Assembly: GCF_001029435.1 (NCBI RefSeq)
Contig: NZ_LDOV01000053.1
Span: 14,592-38,591 of the forward strand
Length of the DNA stretch: 24,000 bases
DNA from: Photobacterium aphoticum
Lineage (GTDB): Bacteria > Pseudomonadota > Gammaproteobacteria > Enterobacterales > Vibrionaceae
Reading direction: 5' to 3'
Positions 9,208 through 24,000 of this stretch are shown piece by piece (position 1 is the stretch's first letter; each line of letters starts with the position of its first letter). The notes below the pieces were generated by a model. That model did not search any database. It was given only the letters and a program-made list of their open reading frames with translations, and was not told where the DNA came from. The translations under genes and the position numbers were made by a program.

Positions 9208-9903
9208 ATGATCACACTCCGTCATGCCAACGAACGCGGCCAAGCAGACTTCGGCTGGCTCCAGACGCACCATTCTTTTTCTTTTGGGGAGTATTACGAT
9301 CCTGCTCACATGGGCTTTTCCGCCCTGCGTGTGATCAATGATGACATCGTTCAACCCGGCGCAGGGTTTGATACCCACGGCCATAAAGACATGGAAATCA
9401 TCACCTTTGTCCTCAAGGGCAGCATTGCCCACAAAGACAGCGAAGGGAATGTGGAAACCCTTCCAGCAGGAGAATTCCAACTGATGTCAGCTGGCCGAGG
9501 GATCGCCCACAGTGAGTTCAACCCATCAAGTACCGAGACGTTGCATTTGCTGCAGATTTGGATCCAACCCAATACCATCGGCGGCCAACCGGGTTACCAA
9601 CAAAAAGCCTTTGCCGTGCAAACCGGATTAACGCCAATCGCAACGCCAGACGGTCAACAAGGCACACTACACATCAAGCAAGATGCGACACTGTATCAAC
9701 TAACGCTGCCGCCTCAGACTGCACACACCCTGTCTGTTACAGCTGCTCGTCAGGTGTACATTCATCAGGTGGAAGGAGCATTAACGGTGAATGATGTGGC
9801 GTTATTGGCAGGTGATGGGGCGAAAATCCGTGATGAAAACACGCTGACACTGCGCAATACCGGTGACAGCACCGTCACGGCGCTGGTGTTTGATTTGCCG
9901 TAA
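9208..9903 (+). CDS. Pirin family protein
   Basis: 231 aa from the ATG at 9208 (SD CAGGAGA): MITLRHANERGQADFGWLQTHHSFSFGEYYDPAHMGFSALRVINDDIVQPGAGFDTHGHKDMEIITFVLKG..., classic pirin N-terminal cupin. Confidence 0.93.
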   Translation: MITLRHANERGQADFGWLQTHHSFSFGEYYDPAHMGFSALRVINDDIVQPGAGFDTHGHKDMEIITFVLKGSIAHKDSEGNVETLPAGEFQLMSAGRGIAHSEFNPSSTETLHLLQIWIQPNTIGGQPGYQQKAFAVQTGLTPIATPDGQQGTLHIKQDATLYQLTLPPQTAHTLSVTAARQVYIHQVEGALTVNDVALLAGDGAKIRDENTLTLRNTGDSTVTALVFDLP

Positions 9904-9931
9904 TGGATACGGATTCAATTTCACAATGTGT

Positions 9932-9972
9932 CAAAAAATCCCTGTTGTTCAGGCAGTAACTGAACAACAGGG
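9932..9972 (-). terminator. Rho-independent terminator for the minus-strand tRNA-binding-protein gene, in a convergent intergenic gap
   Basis: Perfect 13-bp inverted repeat CCCTGTTGTTCAG (9940-9952) / CTGAACAACAGGG (9960-9972), 7-nt loop. On the minus strand it is followed by ATTTTTTG. Confidence 0.85.
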
Positions 9973-10027
9973 AAAGCAGGTTGTATGAATATAATAGTGA
10001 ATATAAAGATTGATGAAACAGTCGCCG

Positions 10028-10400
<373 letters not shown>

Positions 10401-10603
10401 ATTTTATATTACCGTATCAGTCATCACCATAAACAAAAATGCACTTATCTCCATTTCAAGATCCCGATCACGTCTCTCTTTCACCAAACATCATGCCAAT
10501 CATTGCGTCCAAAAGGGTATTTTCGCCCCTATCATCAGGGAACTAGCCCCCAAATGGGGTGATTTTGTCCGCAAAAGTCGCCCATTTACATACACAAACA
10601 CAC

Positions 10604-10623
10604 AATTTTACTAAAAGTTTGTG
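10604..10623. promoter_or_regulatory. Candidate operator half-site, copy B, upstream of ebgR
   Basis: AATTTTACTAAAAGTTTGTG contains TTTTACTAAAA (10606-10616), matching one arm of the motif upstream of ebgA. About 100 nt before the ebgR start. Confidence 0.35.
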
Positions 10624-10666
10624 CATCGATTCGTTGCTGTTTAGAATGGAGATTGATAAAAGCTGA

Positions 10667-11704
<1,038 letters not shown>

Positions 11705-11737
11705 TCCCTCATTCTGTTTCAGCCCCTCCTCTTTATA

Positions 11738-11763
11738 AAGCACTGCTCGCAGTGCTTTTTTTT
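11738..11763 (+). terminator. Rho-independent terminator after ebgR
   Basis: AAGCACTG CTCG CAGTGCTT followed by TTTTTT. 8-bp perfect stem, 4-nt loop. Confidence 0.88.
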
Positions 11764-11885
11764 ATAAATCCGCACGCATAACCACCACCTCGACAGCATT
11801 TTCAACAACTCCAGCCTGCCTCGCGCGTTTTTCATACCGCGATCACAACTTGCGTGCTTCATCCCCAGATAAACGTGACCAAGTT

Positions 11886-11931
11886 AAAGTAAAACATTTT
11901 CACTGATTTATTTTAGTAAAAGTTTTACTAA
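11886..11931. promoter_or_regulatory. Candidate double operator upstream of ebgA: degenerate copy plus perfect 19-bp palindrome
   Basis: TTAGTAAAAGTTTTACTAA at 11913-11931 is a perfect inverted repeat (9-bp arms, central G). AAAGTAAAACATTTTCACT at 11886-11904 is a degenerate version. Located between ebgR and ebgA. Confidence 0.55.
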
Positions 11932-15594
<3,663 letters not shown>

Positions 15595-15631
15595 TCACTT
15601 TCATCACAAGTAAGGCTTTAACCCAAAGAAG

Positions 15632-15661
15632 AAGGACGGCAGTCGCTGGCTGCCAGTCCTT
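15632..15661. other. Intergenic stem-loop between ebgC and ygjI-like gene
   Basis: AAGGACGGCAG-TCGCTGG-CTGCC(A)GTCCTT: 11-bp stem with one bulged A. No T-tract follows. Confidence 0.6.
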
Positions 15662-15814
15662 CAAATCTGGTAGTCCTTCAAAACATGAACACCTGTAACA
15701 CCTGTTTTTGACAGATAGAGACAACGTCAAAAACACAAGAAACACCGTAATACCAAGCGCTCTAAGAAATAAGCAATAAGAACAAAGCAATAACAACACC
15801 TACATATAACGTGA

Positions 15815-17275
<1,461 letters not shown>

Positions 17276-17311
17276 CCCATCACACAAAACGGAACAAAAA
17301 ATCATACCCGA

Positions 17312-17339
17312 GCAGAGAGAACGTGAGCGTTCTCTCTGC
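17312..17339. other. Perfect stem-loop between the two YgjI-family genes
   Basis: GCAGAGAGAACG-TGAG-CGTTCTCTCTGC: 12-bp perfect stem with 4-nt loop. No T-tract downstream (ACATACATAAC). Confidence 0.7.
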
Positions 17340-17456
17340 ACATACATAACAAAAAGGTTATATCCAAGCCCTCTCTTATCACGAAGAGTACCAAACAGCG
17401 TGAATCAGAGGGCTTCGCTATCACCACGCAACACGCTAAATCGATAAAAGTAATAA

Positions 17457-18905
<1,449 letters not shown>

Positions 18906-18938
18906 TCACTCAACACAAAGCACAATCCAAATACTCGC

Positions 18939-18964
18939 GAGCGTCTTGGCGCTCGCTTTTTTAT
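18939..18964 (+). terminator. Rho-independent terminator ending the ebg/ygjI cluster
   Basis: GCGAGCG TCTTGG CGCTCGC TTTTTT: 7-bp GC-rich perfect stem plus 6-T tract. Confidence 0.88.
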
Positions 18965-19199
18965 TCCAATCACAATCTCATCATGGCTTCACCGCCTTCC
19001 CCTTTCAGCGTTCACTCTCACGCTTAGGATCCTGCCATTTTCTGTTTCGCAAAAAGCAAACCGCACATTTTCAAGCTGCATGTCGCAATATCAAGAAGCG
19101 GTCGCAATAGTAATAATAGTATCTATAAATCAAACAATTAATTATTGGCCTCAATATTGCTTATCTACTGTATGTCATGTCAGGCTAGGTAGGGAAACG

Positions 19200-19928
19200 A
19201 TGATGAACAAGGCCTTTTTACTTTATCTCTTCGCCGTATTACTGGGTTGTTCTAGTGCACAAGCCTCGCTGCTGTTTACGATTGAAGATGCCTACATTGA
19301 AGAATCGCAAATTTCCGATCCCAAGCAGGTCGAAACTTTTGATGATTGGACGACAGGGACATTCAACGGCACGATTACCGCCGAATTTGGGGAATACGAA
19401 GTGCTCAACGGCGTGCCTCAAATTAAAGCGGCCAATGTGTATGGTGGCGCAGGCGGGGAGGGTAATTATCTTTTTGTGAGCCCTCAGCAAAACACGCAGG
19501 TGTTACTGACTTTTAATGATCCTGTCGGTTATTTCGGGTTTTGGTGGAGTGCTGGGGATGCCGGTAACAAACTGCAGGTAGAAACCTTTAAGACGACCTA
19601 TGAATTTACCACTGCAGATGTATTCCAAGGTGATGCCCTGACCATGAATCACTACGGCAACACAAACTTCAGCGGCGGAAATGGCGGCGAACCTTATGGT
19701 TTCTTGAACTTGTATGCGACATCGGATGAATACAAAATCAAGTCGATCAAATTTTATGGCTCTAACTTTGAAAGTGACAACCACACCGTCGCTGGTGCAT
19801 TGCAAAACCCAACGGGTACTGTGATTGTGACCGTGTCCGAACCCGCTCACCTCGGCGCATTGGCGCTGGCACTGCTGCCCTTGGTGCATGCACGTCGCAC
19901 ACGCATGACCAACACGATTCGCGCATGA
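19200..19928 (+). CDS. Secreted protein with PEP-CTERM-like C-terminal sorting signal
   Basis: 242 aa from the ATG at 19200 (or 19203). Signal peptide with lipobox-like LLGCSS (MMNKAFLLYLFAVLLGCSSAQASLL). Beta-rich Gly/Asn-containing body. C-terminus VTVSEPAHLGALALALLPLVHARRTR follows the S/E-P + hydrophobic helix + basic cluster layout. The tracked start at 19080 is too far upstream. Confidence 0.68.
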   Translation: MMNKAFLLYLFAVLLGCSSAQASLLFTIEDAYIEESQISDPKQVETFDDWTTGTFNGTITAEFGEYEVLNGVPQIKAANVYGGAGGEGNYLFVSPQQNTQVLLTFNDPVGYFGFWWSAGDAGNKLQVETFKTTYEFTTADVFQGDALTMNHYGNTNFSGGNGGEPYGFLNLYATSDEYKIKSIKFYGSNFESDNHTVAGALQNPTGTVIVTVSEPAHLGALALALLPLVHARRTRMTNTIRA

Positions 19929-19998
19929 CAATCCTATCCGTACACCCAACCACCAAATGACGCGGAAAGGGTGGTGTCTTCGTCACCAATTTCTCGTC

Positions 19999-20040
19999 AA
20001 AAAAGCGCGAAGAGCAGGATGCCCTTCGCGCTTTTCTCTT
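19999..20040. terminator. Bidirectional rho-independent terminator between convergent genes
   Basis: AAAAGCGCGAAG (20001-20012) / CTTCGCGCTTTT (20024-20035), 12-bp perfect stem, flanked by AA on the left and CTCTTT on the right. Between the 19200..19928 (+) and 20071..21504 (-) genes. Confidence 0.82.
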
Positions 20041-20070
20041 TACGTTATCCAGTCACGACAATGATATGAC

Positions 20071-21504
20071 TTACACCAACGCTGCTTTCTCTGCCGCAAA
20101 TGCAGCCAGGATTTTCTCCACCGACGTCAATACATCCTCTTGGCTGGTGTGGTAATTCAGAATCGAAATCAGCATCGTTTTCAGGCCTTTATAACCGGAT
20201 GTTGATGGGTACAAATACCCTTCCTGCTGCAAGCGATGCACCACGCGTTCTGTCAGCACATCACGGGAAGCCGTATCACCCGTGCCAAATTGCACAGAGA
20301 ATCGATTCGACACGACATCATTCAATACCGTAATGCCTTCCACTTCTGCCAGTTGTGCTGCCATCAATTTGGCCAAATCTGTACAGTTATCCAAATGCGC
20401 AGCAATACCGGCTTTACCTAATGACTTAAAGGCCGCATATACCGGTACGCCACGGGCACGGCGTGATGCTGCAATACCAAAGTTAATCGCATTACGATCT
20501 GGCTTGGCCATCGCATCATTGAGGTAATCACCCATATTGTTGCCGCCCATGGCTATGGTGATCGCGGATGGATCTTTCACAATCACCATACCGCAGTCGT
20601 ACGGCATGTTGAACCACTTGTGGCCGTCAGTATCAATGGAATCGATGCGCTCGATACCTTTCAACAAATGCTTTTGTTTATCACTGGCGGCGGCCCACAG
20701 GCCAATCGCACCATCAACATGGCACCACGCATTCGGGTGTGCCGCTACGCAATCGGCAATCTCATCAAACAAATCAAACGCACCGGAATCGATACAGCCC
20801 GCTTGTGCACACACCAAGGTCGGCCCTTCACAGTTGGCCATAATGTCACGCAGTGCTTCCGGCAACATACGCAAGTTATCATCGGTCGGCACTTTAATGA
20901 TGTCGTTCAGGCCGATACCGATCATCGATAGTGCACGCTTAATGGTGGAATGGATTTGATCGCTGAGAACCACATTGATACGCGGCGCGCCGTATAAGCC
21001 TTGCGTAGCGACATCCCACCCTGCTCGTTGCAACAAGGTGTTACGGGCGGTGATCAGCCCGGTATAAATCGCTTCCTGCGCCCCAGAGGTAAAGCCCACC
21101 GCTGAACCCGGCGTTAGCCCCAACAATTCCACCATCCATTCTGCAGCGGTTTCTTCCACCACCGCCATCGCAGGGCTGGAGACATAATACGGTACGTTTT
21201 GATCCCACGCGCTCACCAACCAGTCAGCGGCAAGGGAAGCTGGCAAAGCGCCACCAATGGCATAACCGAAGAAACGCGGGCCACCTGATGCAATCAGCCC
21301 TGCATCAACGTTTTTCACCATCTCATCAATCACGGCAGCCGGATCGCTACCCTCAAGCGGCAATGGTCCTCCAAGCGCATAACGCAGTTGCTCTGACGTG
21401 GCAACCTGATCGATTTTGCGCTCAGGCAGAGATTCAATGTACGAAACGGCGTGTTCACATGAACGTTGAAGCGGGGATTGATACTGATTAAATGCGTGTC
21501 CCAT
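20071..21504 (-). CDS. PLP-dependent group II decarboxylase / aspartate aminotransferase-fold enzyme
   Basis: 477 aa: AGLIASGGPRFFGYAIGGALPASLAADWLVSAWDQN, VGFTSGAQEAIYTGLITARNTLL, AWCHVDGAIGLWA, SIDTDGHKWFNMPYDCGMVIV (PLP lysine in DGHKW). SD GGAGGAC upstream of the ATG at 21504. Confidence 0.9.
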   Translation of the reverse strand: MGHAFNQYQSPLQRSCEHAVSYIESLPERKIDQVATSEQLRYALGGPLPLEGSDPAAVIDEMVKNVDAGLIASGGPRFFGYAIGGALPASLAADWLVSAWDQNVPYYVSSPAMAVVEETAAEWMVELLGLTPGSAVGFTSGAQEAIYTGLITARNTLLQRAGWDVATQGLYGAPRINVVLSDQIHSTIKRALSMIGIGLNDIIKVPTDDNLRMLPEALRDIMANCEGPTLVCAQAGCIDSGAFDLFDEIADCVAAHPNAWCHVDGAIGLWAAASDKQKHLLKGIERIDSIDTDGHKWFNMPYDCGMVIVKDPSAITIAMGGNNMGDYLNDAMAKPDRNAINFGIAASRRARGVPVYAAFKSLGKAGIAAHLDNCTDLAKLMAAQLAEVEGITVLNDVVSNRFSVQFGTGDTASRDVLTERVVHRLQQEGYLYPSTSGYKGLKTMLISILNYHTSQEDVLTSVEKILAAFAAEKAALV

Positions 21505-21795
21505 GGGACTGTCCTCCGGTCTTTATTGATGCCTCCATCCTAAGTGCAACCGATATTAAAAATTTACCATTTCACGACATCATGAGTATTCTATCTCTTA
21601 GCCTTAACGCGTATTTACCCCTTGTCGCCATACACGCAGATATAGAAATTGTCATTACTCCACTGATCACGAAATAAGCAATTGAACACCTAATTGCAAT
21701 TTTGTGATCTTAAGCCACGGAATGTTTCGACGTCTTTTTCGTTTTCGTTTCATTGCATTACATTTCATAGCAAATCCCCCACAGAGATATTAACC

Positions 21796-24000
21796 ATGAA
21801 AAAGACTCTCCTTGCTGGCCTGCTTGGTAGTGTATTAGCGGCTCCTTATGCCGTTGCTGCACCTGCTCATGATGCTGTTTCCGAACAACAATATGTCGCC
21901 GATATGCAAACCATGCATCGCATGATGAACGAACGTATCGAAGAGCTACGCGAATACGCGAGCCATGAAGAAAATATTATTCATCGCAATGAGCGTCGCT
22001 TTATCATGGTTGATGGTCGTGAATATGAAGTGGGGGAAAATAATTACCTGTACTTTGATATTCCTCGTCCTTTCCATAACGAAGAAATGTTCCGCCACAT
22101 CTTCGGCTTCTTTAATGAAGATTGGGAACTGAGCCTGTACGCACGTGGCATGGTGGCCGTAAACCGCATTTACGGTAACTACGACTACGGCAACGGCTGT
22201 TTGATGGAATACAACCCATCACGCCCATTCACGGCCGCTGATGGTAGCAAAACACCATTTTCACTAGAGATCAGCACCTGTCAGGTGGATGAGGGCCGCT
22301 CTCACCAAACGTTGCGTTACTTGGGTAAAGGCACCCCAATCACACATGAAACCTTCGGCTACGCACAATCGGGTGATTTCATCCCTGAATCTGTCGCGCT
22401 GCACGGTGACAAAGTCTACGTCGGTAACACCCACAGCGGTTTCTCACGCATCGACCGCTACGACATGCGCACCCAAAAAGCCCTACCGCCAATCACGGGC
22501 TTCACCCTGAACGGTCAGGAAGAAACCTACCGTATCGTGAGTGATGTGACGGAGCATAATGGCCGTCTGTTTGTGGCTTCTCTGTCCTCTAACCGCGTCG
22601 ATGTTTACGATCTGAATAACAACGATGAAATCATCATGTCACTGGGTACCGGCGTGTACTGGGGCGACAAGTTTGTTGATGCCCTCACCCACCCGTACAG
22701 CGTGGCAGCCAATGACGAATATGTTTTTGTTGCGGACATTACCGGTAAGATCTCCATCTACCGACAAAGTGACGTTACGCAGGCCAACCACAAACGCGCG
22801 GTGAAACACGCCTTCTTTGATTTGCCAGACAGTAACAGTATCTACCGCAACATCAAGATGGAAGTGGTCGCTAACGAGCTGATCGTCAGCTTCGACAACA
22901 GCAAAACATATGTGTTTGGCATTGATCAGATCGAACCAGGTCAAACCTTGATCCCAGCGAAGCAGATCATCAACAAATCACAGCGTCGTAATGTCTTTGA
23001 AGCACAAAATGGCACCGTATTTACAGGTACCAGCCAAGGTAAAGTAGAGCTATTCAACAAGGGCGATCTGCAATTCAACGAACACGGTATCGCGACGACG
23101 CCTGCGTATGAGTTCAGCACCTACTTCAATGAAAAATTAGACAAAGAAGTGGCAACCAAAGCCAGCTGGGATCTTGCGGCAAACACCGACACGCTGGCGA
23201 TGCTACAGGACAACACGATCCTGCTGGCGGATATGGAATCGCTAAAAGTCTACGTGAACAATGCTCCGGCTTGGGATCCTGCACCAGAGCTTGATCTGAA
23301 CGCATATGAAGTCAAAAGAAAGCCATTGCTGACGAACGAAGAAAGCTGGGAAAGCCTGACGCAAAACCACGAAGTGCGCGTCAATCGCCTGCTTTCAGGT
23401 AAACAGCGTTTGGATAGTTTAGAAATCATCAGCTACGCCGCACAGCGCACGTTCGATCTGGATGTTGAAGCACGCTTTGGTAAAACCGGCCCATGGGTGA
23501 AACTGGGTTCAATCAGCGAGTTGGAGCCATTTACATCGTTCAAGCTGGATCAAACACTGGAAGACAACGTCTACTACCCAACCACCAATGATGGGCAGTC
23601 TGTCACGGTGATGGGTCTGAAAGATGTGTCGTACATGCCAGCTAACCTGATCGACATTCGCCTGACATCAGACACCGACACTTTCGTTCAGAAGATTACC
23701 GATCTGAAACCAAACTGGCGCCTGCGCTTTGGTACCTACAGCCCAGAAACCCACGGTAACTGGGGTCGAATTACGGGTCCTTACGCCCGTGAGTGGATGA
23801 TCATGATGGCAAACTTTGCTTACATCATGAACAGCCCAGAGTTTGAACACATTTGGTTCAACTACAAAGAGACCTGGGGTCAAGGCACCAGCGAGTTCTT
23901 TGGTGATGCCGGCCAAGTGGACGCACCAAACGGTAACTTCACCGCTGAAGATTACGCACGTGTTTACCAAAACTTCATGAACCGTGATCTGATTGAACTG
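21796..24000 (+). CDS. Large secreted protein of unknown function, truncated by window end
   Basis: My own translation gives an uninterrupted 735-codon frame from the ATG at 21796 to position 24000: signal peptide MKKTLLAGLLGSVLAAPYAVAAPAH, propeller-like repeats (VALHGDKVYVGNTHSGFSRIDRYD; VTEHNGRLFVASLSSNRVDVYDL; VAANDEYVFVADITGKISIYRQ), C-terminal part ...YAREWMIMMANFAYIMNSPEFEHIWFNYKETWGQGTSEFFGDAG.... It is not in the supplied ORF track, presumably because there is no stop inside the window. Confidence 0.85.
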   Translation, partial: MKKTLLAGLLGSVLAAPYAVAAPAHDAVSEQQYVADMQTMHRMMNERIEELREYASHEENIIHRNERRFIMVDGREYEVGENNYLYFDIPRPFHNEEMFRHIFGFFNEDWELSLYARGMVAVNRIYGNYDYGNGCLMEYNPSRPFTAADGSKTPFSLEISTCQVDEGRSHQTLRYLGKGTPITHETFGYAQSGDFIPESVALHGDKVYVGNTHSGFSRIDRYDMRTQKALPPITGFTLNGQEETYRIVSDVTEHNGRLFVASLSSNRVDVYDLNNNDEIIMSLGTGVYWGDKFVDALTHPYSVAANDEYVFVADITGKISIYRQSDVTQANHKRAVKHAFFDLPDSNSIYRNIKMEVVANELIVSFDNSKTYVFGIDQIEPGQTLIPAKQIINKSQRRNVFEAQNGTVFTGTSQGKVELFNKGDLQFNEHGIATTPAYEFSTYFNEKLDKEVATKASWDLAANTDTLAMLQDNTILLADMESLKVYVNNAPAWDPAPELDLNAYEVKRKPLLTNEESWESLTQNHEVRVNRLLSGKQRLDSLEIISYAAQRTFDLDVEARFGKTGPWVKLGSISELEPFTSFKLDQTLEDNVYYPTTNDGQSVTVMGLKDVSYMPANLIDIRLTSDTDTFVQKITDLKPNWRLRFGTYSPETHGNWGRITGPYAREWMIMMANFAYIMNSPEFEHIWFNYKETWGQGTSEFFGDAGQVDAPNGNFTAEDYARVYQNFMNRDLIEL

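Noticed and set aside
10547-10559. Small CCCC-CAAAT-GGGG hairpin upstream of ebgR
   Set aside because: Only a 4-bp stem; not distinguishable from chance.
22639-23970. Minus-strand ORFs at 22639-22944 and 23668-23970 and the plus-strand ORF at 22289-22510
   Set aside because: They fall inside the uninterrupted 21796-24000 frame that has a signal peptide and consistent coding character.

Overview
The window reads as chromosomal DNA from a gammaproteobacterium, probably Vibrionaceae. It has three well-supported blocks plus accessory genes. (1) A tellurium/stress-resistance locus: terZ-terA-terB-terC-terD-terE on the minus strand (86..4707). Divergent from it is a four-gene, translationally coupled plus-strand operon (4987..8960) encoding a TRSP-type phosphoribosyltransferase, a HAD phosphatase, a StiP/PELOTA-like PRTase-fold protein and an HpcH/HpaI-CitE-like lyase. 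This matches the predicted Ter-associated nucleoside-like metabolite module, but no ATP-grasp gene is visible. (2) A pirin-family gene and a small tRNA-binding-domain gene, separated by a strong hairpin. (3) An ebg locus (ebgR, ebgA, ebgC) followed by two tandem divergent YgjI-family APC permeases, with a recurring palindromic AT-rich motif (core TTAGTAAAAGTTTTACTAA) at three or four promoter-proximal positions. Right-hand part: a small secreted protein with a PEP-CTERM-like tail, a PLP-dependent group II decarboxylase, and a large secreted ORF (21796 to window end, absent from the ORF track) of unrecognised function. No tRNA, rRNA, CRISPR array or mobile element was supported. The ter metabolite module and the ebg/YgjI/operator arrangement are the most interesting items. 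The ter module is a previously predicted system, not a wholly new one.
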